A stretch of DNA of 64,000 bases from Candidatus Nitrospinota bacterium M3_3B_026 (lineage in GTDB: Bacteria; Nitrospinota_A; UBA7883; JBPRGF01), in NCBI GenBank assembly GCA_051418015.1, contig JBPRGF010000033.1, positions 256,001 through 320,000 of the forward strand, in the 5' to 3' direction. The notes below the pieces were generated by a model that was not told the DNA's origin, ran no database searches, and was given only the letters and a program-made list of their open reading frames with translations. Positions 26,747-37,001 of this stretch are shown here, piece after piece. How positions within the stretch are numbered: the stretch's first letter is position 1; each line of letters opens with the position of its first letter. The position numbers were made by a program, and so were the translations under genes.

Positions 26747-29269
26747 TCAGTCGAGGAAAAGGTCCGGGTTCTCGCTTTTCCACTCGAGCGTGTCGAGCCT
26801 GGCTCTGACGACCTTTCCGATCATCGTGTCCTTTTCCCGCTCCGCAAGCTGCTTCAGGCGCGGCAGGGCCATGTCTTCCCGGTCTATCTTCTCGAGGGAC
26901 GCGGAGATTATGTAATCCATCCACCCCTTCCTTCCGTCATCGGGATAGCGGTCGATGAACCGCGCCGCCTCACGGATGGCGGAGGGGAAGTCCCGCCGCA
27001 GGTAGTGGGACTCGGCGATCTTGTAGTAGCTGTCCTTGATGTAGGATGGCTCCGGGCGCGTTTTGGAAAGCGGCCTGTAGGCGGCGACGGCCCTGTTGTA
27101 GGAATCTATGGCGAGAGAATGCCGTCCCATGCTCTTGTATACCTCCCCCAGCCTGTAGGCCACTTCGGAGACTTTGGAGTCTTCCGGGGCGGCCTCCAGG
27201 GCAAGGCGCCATTCCGTGGCGGCCGGGGCCGTCTTTCCCTGGGCGAAGAGCGCGTCACCCAGGAATATCCTGGCGCTGTTGGCCCTTTCGCTTCCGCGAT
27301 AGTCTTGCAGGAACTCGCGGAGCAGGCGCTCGGCCAGCGCGGGATCCTCACCCTTGCTCAGCGCCGCCCTCGCCATGTTGAAGGAGGCCGCTTCACCGTA
27401 CCGCCCCTCGGCGTCGGCGGCCTTGACCAGCCTGTAGTACTCACCGGCGCGGCCGTAGAGGGTCATGATTTCGTAGCTCTCGGCTATGCTGTAAAGTATC
27501 CCCGGCTCTTTTATGCCCCGCAGGAACGGGTCGAAATTCTCGTAGTAGGTCATCAGGACGGTGAAAAAGCCCTCCTGCCCGTGGAACGTCTCTATGAGCC
27601 GCAGCAGGTTCTCCCGGACGAGGCTGAATATCTCCTCGGACATCTTCGCGCTCGGATAGTCGCTAAGAAGCTGCTTGTAGGCCAGGATGGCGGAGACGTA
27701 GCGTTTCCTCGCAGACAGCGCCTTCCCTTTGCGCATCAGCGCTTCCTGGCCGTGTTTTTCGGGGTATTTGGCTATTATCTCGTCGAAAGTCGCGAGCGGG
27801 CGCTGGAAGGCCGAGTAGTCGAAAACGGCGCTCTTTTTCAGGATCTCCGGGTCCTCCGCCCCCAGCGACGCCAGCGCGAGCCGGGCCTTTATTCCCTCGT
27901 CCACGTCCGCGAAACCACGAGCGGCGGCTTCGAATATCTCCGCTCCCTCGCGTTTTTTTCCCATCAGGACGTAGGCCTCGCCGATCCGCAAGAGCGCCTC
28001 CCTTCCCTGCGGCGCCTCCGGGAAGAGGTTGACGATGACCGACCAGTCGCGGACGGCCTTGGCGACCTTGCCCAGCCTGTAGCTGGTGTCGGCTATTTTC
28101 ATGAAGGTCTCCGGGCGCTCCTTGGGGTATGTTGGCCAAAGCTCCATGGCTTCGTGGAAGATTATGTCCGCCTCCTTATACATGCCGCGCTCGTAGTACG
28201 ACTCCGCCACCATGTACTTGGCGTCGCGGACCTCGCGTCTCGCGGGGTAGAGGATGAGTATCTTCTCAAGCTCGTTGTAGGCCTGCTGGTACTTTTTGCG
28301 CTTCAGGTATATCTCGGCCCGGCCCAGCATGGCGGCGATGGTGTATTTGCCCTTGGGATACCTTTTGAGAAGGCCGCCATACTCCGACAGCGCCTCGATG
28401 TAAAACTCCTCCATGGCGTAAAGGTCGGCCCGCCGCATCATCGCCTGCTGAACGAGACGGGAGTCCGGGAACCGCGCCGCGGCGGTGTTATAGGCGTCCA
28501 TGGCCGCCTGGACATAGGCCGGGTCGCGCTTGGCTTTCTGGTAAAAAGCGTCGGCCCGGGCGAAGTAGACATTTTCGAGGTATATCGACTCGGGGTAGTT
28601 TACGATGAAACGGTTGGAGAGCCGCGCCGCTTCGTCGAACATCTGCTTTTGGAGCTGTTTCATGATTTCGATGAAGGCCTCGCGTCCCGAGCGCGCCTCC
28701 ATCATGGAGTACGCGTCGTCGATTTCGGCGAAACGCGCCTCGATCTCCTCTTTCGAGGGCTCCTTCTTTTCCGGGGCAGGGGCGGCTGGCTCCGCCTGCC
28801 CGCCGTCACGGCGCTTCCCGATGATTTTCTCCGGCGTCACGCCGCTTAGAGCAAGCTTGCGTTTCGTGGGGCGGAAGTCGAAAACCACGCCGTGGCCCAC
28901 GGGAACCTCGCTTTTGTAAAAGGTAACGTCCGGCTCCTTGAACCTTATGGTCAACGCCGCTCCGGAGGCGTCTTCGGTTGTGGAGACGGACTCGATGAGA
29001 TCGTCGCCGTGCTCCAGCTCCTTCAGCGCGCCGCCCATGGCGGCGGACTCAAAACGCAGGGTGAGCGTCCGGCGGTCTTCGCTGATAGAGACGCCGAGCC
29101 GTGGCTTTTCGTCGGTCAGGACCGTCATGCGCGTCGCGCCGTCCACGCTGGTGAACATCACGTCGCGCACGGCCGCGGGAGAGCCCGAGGCGGCGGTGAA
29201 CCCCAGGTGGAAAAAGACAACGGCCACCACGGCGGTGGTCACGCGATACAGAACTTTCCCGGCGCTCAT
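26747..29269 (-). CDS. Large exported TPR-repeat protein with an AMIN-like N-terminal domain
   Basis: Signal/TM segment, beta-rich N-domain, many TPRs of the YP.S type. Confidence 0.82.
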   Translation of the reverse strand: MSAGKVLYRVTTAVVAVVFFHLGFTAASGSPAAVRDVMFTSVDGATRMTVLTDEKPRLGVSISEDRRTLTLRFESAAMGGALKELEHGDDLIESVSTTEDASGAALTIRFKEPDVTFYKSEVPVGHGVVFDFRPTKRKLALSGVTPEKIIGKRRDGGQAEPAAPAPEKKEPSKEEIEARFAEIDDAYSMMEARSGREAFIEIMKQLQKQMFDEAARLSNRFIVNYPESIYLENVYFARADAFYQKAKRDPAYVQAAMDAYNTAAARFPDSRLVQQAMMRRADLYAMEEFYIEALSEYGGLLKRYPKGKYTIAAMLGRAEIYLKRKKYQQAYNELEKILILYPARREVRDAKYMVAESYYERGMYKEADIIFHEAMELWPTYPKERPETFMKIADTSYRLGKVAKAVRDWSVIVNLFPEAPQGREALLRIGEAYVLMGKKREGAEIFEAAARGFADVDEGIKARLALASLGAEDPEILKKSAVFDYSAFQRPLATFDEIIAKYPEKHGQEALMRKGKALSARKRYVSAILAYKQLLSDYPSAKMSEEIFSLVRENLLRLIETFHGQEGFFTVLMTYYENFDPFLRGIKEPGILYSIAESYEIMTLYGRAGEYYRLVKAADAEGRYGEAASFNMARAALSKGEDPALAERLLREFLQDYRGSERANSARIFLGDALFAQGKTAPAATEWRLALEAAPEDSKVSEVAYRLGEVYKSMGRHSLAIDSYNRAVAAYRPLSKTRPEPSYIKDSYYKIAESHYLRRDFPSAIREAARFIDRYPDDGRKGWMDYIISASLEKIDREDMALPRLKQLAEREKDTMIGKVVRARLDTLEWKSENPDLFLD

Positions 29270-29322
29270 CTCCCAGCCTGTCCTTCCACAGTTGCGCGCA
29301 ATTGTGATATCAACATTTTTAA

Positions 29323-29339
29323 AGCAAGGACCATGCCGA
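29323..29339 (-). promoter_or_regulatory. Sigma54 -24/-12 promoter for the TPR gene
   Basis: Minus strand TCGGCATGGTCCTTGCT (GG-N10-GC), about 55 nt upstream of the ATG. Confidence 0.7.
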
Positions 29340-29608
29340 CAAGGCCCCGGCAGCGCTTGCCGCAAGGCTTTGTTTTTAAACGAAAGCTTTGCATAGCCGG
29401 CGGGTTGGCTGTCTTGTTCTCCTGAACAAGCGGCGTCTTCGCCGCAACGTGAAGGACCTTGATTTTATTGCTTAAATAAAAAATTCGCCTGCGCTCAGGA
29501 CGACAAAGCAGCAAAACCGGACAGGTTATGCAAAGGTCTCGTTTTCAAAGGAAGATTTGCGGCCCCGCGAGGGGAGCGCCAATGGCCTGACGGCGCCGGA
29601 AAAGTTTT

Positions 29609-30568
29609 TCAGCCTTCCTCGCCGGAGTTGAGCTTGTTGGCGAGCTTGTCCATGAGACGGCTCAGGTCCTCGTACTGCATGTTGAGGTTCCTGTTGGCCT
29701 CTATTATGCTCACAAGGTTTTTCTTGATGGTGGTTATCAGCTCGACCGTCTCCGCCCCGTTCGAGCCTGCGAGGCCGCCGTGGTTTTGCCCGAGGTTCGA
29801 CCACGACTCCACCGCCCTGGTGGGGGATTTCACGTTGTGATGGGCGAGGCTGGCCTCCTTGTCCACGCCCCCGGCGGCGGAATCCGGCGCGGCGCGGCTT
29901 TTTTCACTGGTGACCTTGATGCGCGAAGGGCCGGAGGCCGGAGGCGGGGCTGGGCGAGGGGCGGCGGGCGTTACGCTCCGGCCTATCTGGCCTTTAAGGC
30001 CCTCCAGCACCTTTCGGGAGATGACCTTGAAGGTCTCCAGCACCCCTTCGCCGGTGACGGCCACGGCCTTCACCACCGGCGCGTTCAATGGGTTGAGGGC
30101 CTCGTTCAGCTTTTCGTGGGGCGTAAGGGGCGGCAGGTCCTGCTTGTTGAACTGCAGGACCATGGGAATGGCGTTTATGTCCAGCCCGTTGATGGCGAGG
30201 TTCTCCTCGAGGTTGTTCCAGCTTTCCACGTTGCCTTCGAACTGCCTTTCCTGGCTGTCGGCGACGAAGACCACGCCGTCGGCGCCTCGGAGTACGATCT
30301 TGCGCGTGGCGTTGTAGTAGGTCTGGCCGGGCACGGTGAAAAGCTGGATACGGACGTTGAACCCGCTTATGGTCCCGAGGTCGACGGGCAGCAGGTCGAA
30401 AAAGAGGGTGCGATCCGTCTCCGTCGCAAGGGAGAGCATCTGGCCGCGCCCTTTCGGGTCCACCTTTTTGTGGATATGCTCAAGGTTGGTGGTCTTTCCG
30501 CAAAGGCCCGGGCCGTAGTAGACGATCTTGGCGGTGATCTCCCGGTTCGCGTAGTTGAATACTACCAT
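29609..30568 (-). CDS. mglA: MglA-family small GTPase with a Pro/Ser linker and C-terminal coiled coil
   Basis: KIVYYGPGLCGKTTNL, ETDRTLFFD, TVPGQ, NKQD. Confidence 0.9.
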   Translation of the reverse strand: MVVFNYANREITAKIVYYGPGLCGKTTNLEHIHKKVDPKGRGQMLSLATETDRTLFFDLLPVDLGTISGFNVRIQLFTVPGQTYYNATRKIVLRGADGVVFVADSQERQFEGNVESWNNLEENLAINGLDINAIPMVLQFNKQDLPPLTPHEKLNEALNPLNAPVVKAVAVTGEGVLETFKVISRKVLEGLKGQIGRSVTPAAPRPAPPPASGPSRIKVTSEKSRAAPDSAAGGVDKEASLAHHNVKSPTRAVESWSNLGQNHGGLAGSNGAETVELITTIKKNLVSIIEANRNLNMQYEDLSRLMDKLANKLNSGEEG

Positions 30569-31512
30569 CAGATGCTGTTTTTTATCTCCATGGAGCTTTT
30601 GAGGGCGAGCAGGCGTGACTTCACGTCCTTGAAACCCTTGTCCGCCTTGTAGATTGAAGCGAAAACCTTGAAAGCCTCGCGCGGCCTGCCGCCCATCTCC
30701 AAAGAGTCCGCCAACTCATAACGGAAGCTGAGCCTGGAAAAGTCGTCCGCGGCGATCTCGTGTCCCTTCTTGAACGCCTCGACGGCCTTGTCGTACCTGC
30801 CCATTTTGCGCAGGGTGACGCCCGTCATGTGGGCGCTTTTCTCGGCGAGATGGGGGATGTCCCTGAGTTTTTCGAATTCGGCCAGGGCCTGCTCCAGAAG
30901 CCCCATCTCAAGGTACGAAAGCCCCAGCTCGTAGCGCGTTCCGGCCCCGCCCTCGCCGGCGCTCTCCATGCTCTTTTCCACCCCCTGTTGGAACTCGCCC
31001 AGTATCTCCGTGAAATCAACGCCGCGGCCATCGGCGGGGGCGAAGTCCTCCTCCGAGACATCAAAGCCCTTTTCGGCCAGGTCCATCTCCCCCACTTCGC
31101 TTTCAAAGCCGTCCTCCTGCTCCTCCCGTTCCTTCTGCTCGAAGTAGCCGGTCACGGCGTCCACCAGGTAGGCCGGGTCCTTGGATTTTTCAAAACAGGA
31201 GAATATTTTGAGCCTTTTTATGGCCACCTCGGTCTGGACGTCGACCTGGTCGGTGTAGACGAATATCTCCGCCCCGGAGAGCCTTTCGTCGCCCTTGAGC
31301 GAAGAGAGGGTTTTGTAAGGGTCCAGGAGGTCGTCCCGGTCTATGTCGGTGATTATGATATCCGGGGCCGCCGCCGCTATGCTGTCGAGCATTCCTTCCC
31401 CACGGCTCACGAGGCTCACCTTCCACCCTTCGTTTTCAAGCTTTTCGGAAAGCTCGCCGCGGCTGGTGAAGTCATCCTCGATTATGACAATAACGCCGGG
31501 TTTTTCAGTCAT
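30568..31512 (-). CDS. Receiver domain + acidic linker + C-terminal TPR protein
   Basis: IIEDD..ITD..YT..K receiver; E/D-rich linker; YELGLSYLEMGLLEQA TPRs; stop overlaps the mglA ATG. Confidence 0.82.
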   Translation of the reverse strand: MTEKPGVIVIIEDDFTSRGELSEKLENEGWKVSLVSRGEGMLDSIAAAAPDIIITDIDRDDLLDPYKTLSSLKGDERLSGAEIFVYTDQVDVQTEVAIKRLKIFSCFEKSKDPAYLVDAVTGYFEQKEREEQEDGFESEVGEMDLAEKGFDVSEEDFAPADGRGVDFTEILGEFQQGVEKSMESAGEGGAGTRYELGLSYLEMGLLEQALAEFEKLRDIPHLAEKSAHMTGVTLRKMGRYDKAVEAFKKGHEIAADDFSRLSFRYELADSLEMGGRPREAFKVFASIYKADKGFKDVKSRLLALKSSMEIKNSI

Positions 31513-31822
31513 GCCTCAGGCCCCCTTTTTCCCCCTTCTGCCGCTTTGCCCCCTCGAAGGTGGATAAATTTAATTATAATTTTTCGCGGTGGCGTTGTAA
31601 ATAGATTATGAACCGACGCGGGCGGGAACCCTGAAATATTCTGTTTGACCCAGCAACTAACGGTTGCCGCAAGCGTATCCAGTTAGCTCCAAAATACGGA
31701 AAATCCACTTTCGTGTAAATGGCGCCACCGGATAAAAAGGACACTTCTTTTGTGTAACGCGGTTTTACGGCCCGGCGGCGCTGGGATGGCCTCGCGGGAT
31801 GCGGAAAAGAAACGGCGGAACG

Positions 31823-33031
31823 TCAGGCGGCGTTCTGGTCCTGCTCGTGGCTTAACAGGTTCTTTTTCTTGAGCTTTTCGACCAGCGTCGTGCGGTTGAG
31901 CCCCAGCATCCTGGCGGCTTTGTTTTTCACTCCGTCGGCCCTTTTCAGGGCGGCGAGGATCAGGGCGTTCTCATACTTTTCAACGGCGTCCCGCAGGTCT
32001 ATCCCGTCCTCCGGAAGGATCGGCGGCGCGACGCCTGTCTCCTCCCATTCATGGGAATCGGGCGACAGGGGCTCCGGCCGCTCCTCGGCGGCGGGGGAGG
32101 GGGCTTGGGGGCCGTTTTCCGAAGTCCCCGCGCCGGGGGAAGGCGCCCTGATGGCTGATTTTTCAATCTCTTCCGGTTCGCCCACGAGAAGCATGTCGCG
32201 TATCAACCCCTCGTCGTCGGCAGACTTGATCTCACGAAGCTTCGGCGGCAGGTCGGCCTTTTCGATGAAACTCTCGCCCTTCAGCACCACGAGGCGCTCT
32301 ATCATGTGCTTGAGTTCACGAACGTTGCCGGGCCAGCCGTAGCTTTTCAATATGCCAAGCGCCTCCGGGCTCACGCCGCGGACGGAACGGTTTTTATCCC
32401 TGTTGAAAGTCTTGAGGAAATGGCCTATCAGGAGGGCGATATCGTCGCCGCGATCGCGCAAGGGGGGAAGCTCTATCGGGATTACGTTCAGCCTGTAGAA
32501 CAGGTCCTCCCGGAAGCGTCCGTTGGCTATGGCCTTTTCGAGGTCCTGGTTGGTGGCGGCTATGACGCGGGCGTCGACGTGAATCGTCTTCGCGCCGCCG
32601 ACGCGCTCGAAACTGCGCTCCTGCAAAACCCTCAAAAGCTTCACCTGCAACGAAGGGCTCATATCGCCGATCTCGTCGAGGAAGATTGTCCCCTTGTCCG
32701 CCAGCTCGAACTTGCCGATCCTCGTCCGGATGGCCCCGGTGAACGCCCCCTTCTCGTGGCCGAAAAGCTCCGACTCCAAAAGCTCCTCGGGGATGGCGCC
32801 GCAGTTCACCGTCACCAGGGGGCCGTCGCGCCGATCGGAGTTTCTGTGTATATCGTTTGCTATCAACTCTTTGCCGGTACCCGACTCGCCTATCACAAGG
32901 ACGGTGGAGTCGTTGTCGAGAAGGCGGGTGATGGTGTCGTACACCTCTTTCATGACGGGGCTTTCGCCGATGAAACGCGAAAAATCAGGAGCGGATATCG
33001 CCTTTTCAGGCTCGGCAAGTTCTATTGTCAT
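31823..33031 (-). CDS. Sigma54 activator lacking an N-terminal sensor domain (FleQ/FlrA-like C-terminus)
   Basis: [38 protein letters not shown]. Confidence 0.88.
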   Translation of the reverse strand: MTIELAEPEKAISAPDFSRFIGESPVMKEVYDTITRLLDNDSTVLVIGESGTGKELIANDIHRNSDRRDGPLVTVNCGAIPEELLESELFGHEKGAFTGAIRTRIGKFELADKGTIFLDEIGDMSPSLQVKLLRVLQERSFERVGGAKTIHVDARVIAATNQDLEKAIANGRFREDLFYRLNVIPIELPPLRDRGDDIALLIGHFLKTFNRDKNRSVRGVSPEALGILKSYGWPGNVRELKHMIERLVVLKGESFIEKADLPPKLREIKSADDEGLIRDMLLVGEPEEIEKSAIRAPSPGAGTSENGPQAPSPAAEERPEPLSPDSHEWEETGVAPPILPEDGIDLRDAVEKYENALILAALKRADGVKNKAARMLGLNRTTLVEKLKKKNLLSHEQDQNAA

Positions 33032-33428
33032 ACACCCTCGAACCGCTTTTCGCTAATTCAACATACCCGTGGTTTATACAACGAAAACGCCCTGACTTCA
33101 AGTAAAATCTTAAGCTTCGAGCGTTAAAAACCTATTTTATCACGCTAAACCATCATAAGCATCGTACGAGCAAGGCTGTGCGCCGCGCCCTGCCTCGGTT
33201 ACATTCAATATAGATACCAATATCCGCCCATAAGGCGGCGAACGCCGGATCATGGGGATATCGTATTGATATTAAAAGACAAAAATTGCCGCCAAGCCTC
33301 CTGCGTCAGAGGCGAAACGGATAATTGCCGGGGCGCTCTGGCAACGCTGAGCGTCGTTTTTTTGTCGTATTTTGAAGTTTCCCGGATCGCCAGGGCCAGA
33401 TTTTTGACGTGGCTGGTGAATTTTCAGG

Positions 33429-35852
33429 TCAACCGGCTGAATCCGCGTAGGTGGTCCAGCGGATACTCTTTCCGTCCGTGGCCATTCTCACCTCGCCGTC
33501 CAGATCCGTCCTGAAAACTTTTAACCCCTTGTCTTTCAATCTGTTCAATGTCTCCCGGGCGGGATGGCCGAAGTGGTTGCCGTATCCCGCGCTTATCACC
33601 GCCGCCTTTGGGGCCACGGCGTTCAGGAACTCCGTCGAGGCGCTCGTCCTTGCCCCGTGGTGTCCGACTCTCAGGACATCGGCCTTGATGTCCATCCCTG
33701 AGCGCAGGAGCCTGTCCTCCGCCTCCTGCCCCATGTCCGCGGCGAAGAGTATTTTTATGTTTCCATAAACGAGCATGAGGGCGAGGGAGTTGTTGTTCGA
33801 TCCGTCCGAAATCGCCGCGCCTTCGCCTGGAGGATTCAGCGCCACCACTTTCACGCCTCCGGGGAACGTCAGCGCTTCACCTCGCCGCAGCGTCCTGTAG
33901 GCGCCGTTCATCAGGGCTTTCGCCCGGAGTTTTCCGTACTCGCCGCCGTCGTATGGTATCAGCCCGTTGTCCGCGATCAGCGCGGGCGGCGCCCTGTCCG
34001 CAAGGCCCGGCAGGCCGCGGATATGGTCCGCGTCGCCGTGGGTGGCGAACATGGCCGAGAGGGCTGTCCTTCCCTCCCGCCAGAGGGCTGGCGCGGCGAT
34101 GGAGCGGCCGATGTCGAAGGTTTTGTAGCTGTTTCCTCCGTCGATCACCAGCGCGCCCTCCGGCCAGACGGCGATCGAGCAGTCCCCCTGTCCCACGTCC
34201 AGGAATTTTACTACCAGCTCGTTGTCCAGCCTGTCCCCCAGCGGCCGGAACGCGAGCGCCGCCAGGAAGACCGGGACGGCCCCGGCCGTCGCCATCCTCC
34301 GCGCCGCGCCGGCCCGCATGAAAACGAAAAGAGCCATGATGACGTAAAAAAGACCCGCCGCCGCGGGGGGAACGGAGGGGATATGATGATATGACCCCGG
34401 CGCGGACTCAGCCGCCCTGGAGACAGCCACGAAGACCATCATCATCTTCTCCGCTATCAAGAGCATGGACTCAGATCCCGTTATCGCGGAAAAGAGCGTC
34501 CACGGCGCCGCCACGGAGGCGAAAGGCACGAGGGCGAAATTGATCATGAACCCATACACGGGAACCGTGTTGAAGTGATACGCCGCAAGCGGGGCGGAGG
34601 CGATGGAGGCCATGACGGAGGCGAGCAGGTACCCGGAGATGACCGGATATTTCCACGCGAGGCCTTTAAGGGACGGGCCGGAGAGCCTGTCGAGAGGCTC
34701 CCGCTCATCGTTCAATATCCGCTCCAGCAGGACGACCAGGAAAAAGACCGTCACGAACGACAACTGGAACCCGGCGTCGAAGAGCCCCCATGGCGTTGTG
34801 AGAAGTATGGCGAACAGCGCCGCGGCGAACGCGCCGTAAAAATCCCTCCCCCTGCCGATCATGACCGCCACGAGATAGATCGACACCATCACCGCCGCCC
34901 TGCGGGCCGAGAACATGGGATAGACGAGCGCCGCGTACCAGCCTACGGCCAGGAGGGCCGCCGCGGCCGCCACCTTCATCGGGACGCCCGCCGACGCCCA
35001 TCTGTATCTCAAAGGATAGACAACGAGGAAAAGGAGGACCCTCGCAGCGTGGTAGACGGCGAAGGCTATGAACCCCACGTGCAGGCCGGATATCGCCAGC
35101 AGATGGGCCGTCCCGGCCCGGGAGAAGGTGTCGCGCAGCCTCGGCGTCACAAGGCCGCGGTCGCCGACGGTCATGGCGCGGGCGACGGCCGTCACGGTCT
35201 TGTTTTCGAAGGTCAGGCGCGCAAGCATCCTGTGTCTTTGCTCTTCGATAGGCCTGCGGATGGAAAACTCCGATCCCGCTAAAAATACCTTGGAGCCGCC
35301 GCGGGTTGAGACCGTCGCGGCTATGCCCCTGTCCTTCATGTAGCGCTCATAGTCCCATCCGCCGATGTTCCTGTATCCCCTGATTTCCCTTATCCTCGCG
35401 CCGGTCAGGAGAACCCTGTCGCCTGGCAGGGGGTTGAAATCGAGCCCGCTTGCGTACCAGCGGACAAGGCCCGCGACCGGCTTTCCGTTCAGCGATTCGG
35501 CGCGCAACAGGTACCTTGTGTAGCCGTCGCGCACGGAGTCGGTCATCACGACTTTTCCCAAAAGGAGCGAGTCCCCGGCCGGGGCGAGGTTTGAGAGGTG
35601 GTGGGGCGGGAGAGGGGCGTGGTCGTGGCGCCATATCAGCGCGGCCCCTGCGAGAAAGGAGAGGGTCAGTACGAGCCTGAGGGCGTTCCCGGCCCTCGCC
35701 AGGGCGAAGAGCGCCCCCGCGGCGGCGAGGAGGAGGATCGCGGGATCGGCCTCGGAAACCCTGCCGAAAGCTATCCCCGCCGCCAGGAAAAAAGCGGCGA
35801 GAGCGAAAGGGGAATTCGCCAGGGACCGGCCCGCGCCGGGGCTTTTCGTCAT
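33429..35852 (-). CDS. comEC: Competence protein ComEC/Rec2
   Basis: OB-fold region, AHLLAISGLH, GFQLSF, FLDVGQGD, THGDADH, VGHHG, GHP. Confidence 0.93.
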   Translation of the reverse strand: MTKSPGAGRSLANSPFALAAFFLAAGIAFGRVSEADPAILLLAAAGALFALARAGNALRLVLTLSFLAGAALIWRHDHAPLPPHHLSNLAPAGDSLLLGKVVMTDSVRDGYTRYLLRAESLNGKPVAGLVRWYASGLDFNPLPGDRVLLTGARIREIRGYRNIGGWDYERYMKDRGIAATVSTRGGSKVFLAGSEFSIRRPIEEQRHRMLARLTFENKTVTAVARAMTVGDRGLVTPRLRDTFSRAGTAHLLAISGLHVGFIAFAVYHAARVLLFLVVYPLRYRWASAGVPMKVAAAAALLAVGWYAALVYPMFSARRAAVMVSIYLVAVMIGRGRDFYGAFAAALFAILLTTPWGLFDAGFQLSFVTVFFLVVLLERILNDEREPLDRLSGPSLKGLAWKYPVISGYLLASVMASIASAPLAAYHFNTVPVYGFMINFALVPFASVAAPWTLFSAITGSESMLLIAEKMMMVFVAVSRAAESAPGSYHHIPSVPPAAAGLFYVIMALFVFMRAGAARRMATAGAVPVFLAALAFRPLGDRLDNELVVKFLDVGQGDCSIAVWPEGALVIDGGNSYKTFDIGRSIAAPALWREGRTALSAMFATHGDADHIRGLPGLADRAPPALIADNGLIPYDGGEYGKLRAKALMNGAYRTLRRGEALTFPGGVKVVALNPPGEGAAISDGSNNNSLALMLVYGNIKILFAADMGQEAEDRLLRSGMDIKADVLRVGHHGARTSASTEFLNAVAPKAAVISAGYGNHFGHPARETLNRLKDKGLKVFRTDLDGEVRMATDGKSIRWTTYADSAG

Positions 35853-35892
35853 TTCCCCATTCGCTGGCTCCTTTGCGAAAAAAGGCCTGGTC

Positions 35893-36852
35893 TCAGCCGG
35901 TGAAAGACCCGATTTTCCTGAACTTCTCCCGCCGGCTTCTCACCAGCTCATCGCCCGAGAGAGGCGAGAGTTGGTCTATGTTCCTTCTCAGGACCCTGCG
36001 CAGGATCGACGCCGCGGCTTTCGGGTTTCTGTGCGCGCCGCCGACCGGCTCTTTAACGATCTCGTCGATGACGCCGAATTTCACAAGATCCTGGGCGGTG
36101 AGGGCCAGCGCCTCGGCCGCCTCCTCCACCTTGTCGCAGTCATGCCACAGGATCGCCGCGCATCCTTCCGGGCTGATGACGGAATAGACGGCGTTTTCCA
36201 TCATCAACGTCCTGTTCCCCACGCCGAGGGCCAGCGCCCCGCCGGAGCCTCCCTCGCCGATCACCACGGAAATCACCGGTATCCTGAGCGAGGCCATCTC
36301 TTTCAGGTTGCGGGCGATCGCCTCCGCCTGGCCGCGCTCCTCGGCCCCCACGCCGGGGTAGGCGCCGGGCGTGTCCAGCAGCGTGACGACCGGGAGCCCG
36401 AACTTCTCGGCGAGTTTCATGAGCCGGAGCGCTTTTCTGTATCCTTCCGGCTGTGACATGCCGAAGTTCCTGTGGACGCGCTCTTTGGTGTCCTTGCCCT
36501 TCTGGTGACCCATTATTATGATCTTCCGCCCGTCGAGCCTTGCGAACCCGCCGACTATGGAGACCCCGTCGCCGAAAACCCTGTCGCCGTGCAGCTCGAT
36601 GAAGTCCGTCGTCATGCTCTCGATGTAATCCAGGAGCAGCGGGCGGTTCGGATGGCGGGCAAGACGCGCCCTCTGCCAGCGGGTGAGGTTGGAGAAAACC
36701 TCCCTTCGCTGCCTGTTGACTTTTCTGTGGAGCTTTTTTATCTCGGACGAGAAGTCCACGTTCTCGTCCCTTTTCGACAGCTCCTTGAGCTCCTCGATCT
36801 TGTTTTCGAGGAGGACTATCGGCTCTTCGAAATCCAGGTAGTTGATCGGCAT
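35893..36852 (-). CDS. accA: Acetyl-CoA carboxylase carboxyltransferase alpha subunit
   Basis: [31 protein letters not shown]. Confidence 0.96.
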   Translation of the reverse strand: MPINYLDFEEPIVLLENKIEELKELSKRDENVDFSSEIKKLHRKVNRQRREVFSNLTRWQRARLARHPNRPLLLDYIESMTTDFIELHGDRVFGDGVSIVGGFARLDGRKIIIMGHQKGKDTKERVHRNFGMSQPEGYRKALRLMKLAEKFGLPVVTLLDTPGAYPGVGAEERGQAEAIARNLKEMASLRIPVISVVIGEGGSGGALALGVGNRTLMMENAVYSVISPEGCAAILWHDCDKVEEAAEALALTAQDLVKFGVIDEIVKEPVGGAHRNPKAAASILRRVLRRNIDQLSPLSGDELVRSRREKFRKIGSFTG

Positions 36853-36941
36853 AGCAGCTATTGTCCCATAAACCTGCGTAAGTATAACAAATCACGGGCC
36901 GGCTGGAAGAGCCTCTTCTGGCCCGCTTGTGGCCCTCGCTG

Positions 36942-36970
36942 TTGACGCATCCATGACGTTTGGATATACT
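36942..36970 (+). promoter_or_regulatory. Sigma70 promoter of hflKC
   Basis: TTGACG-N17-TATACT, 31 nt before the hflK ATG. Confidence 0.7.
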
Positions 36971-37001
36971 TGTCGTTCATTTTGAATTCAAGGTAGTCCA
37001 T

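Noticed and set aside
26693..28849. Long alternative ORFs (718 aa here; also 45331-47475, 52996-55020, 51566-53131, 8607-10139, 58230-59633)
   Set aside because: Antisense or off-frame shadows of well-supported genes in GC-rich DNA, with no motifs
33169..33186. Sigma54 promoter upstream of the FleQ-like gene
   Set aside because: GG-to-GC spacing is 11 nt, not 10
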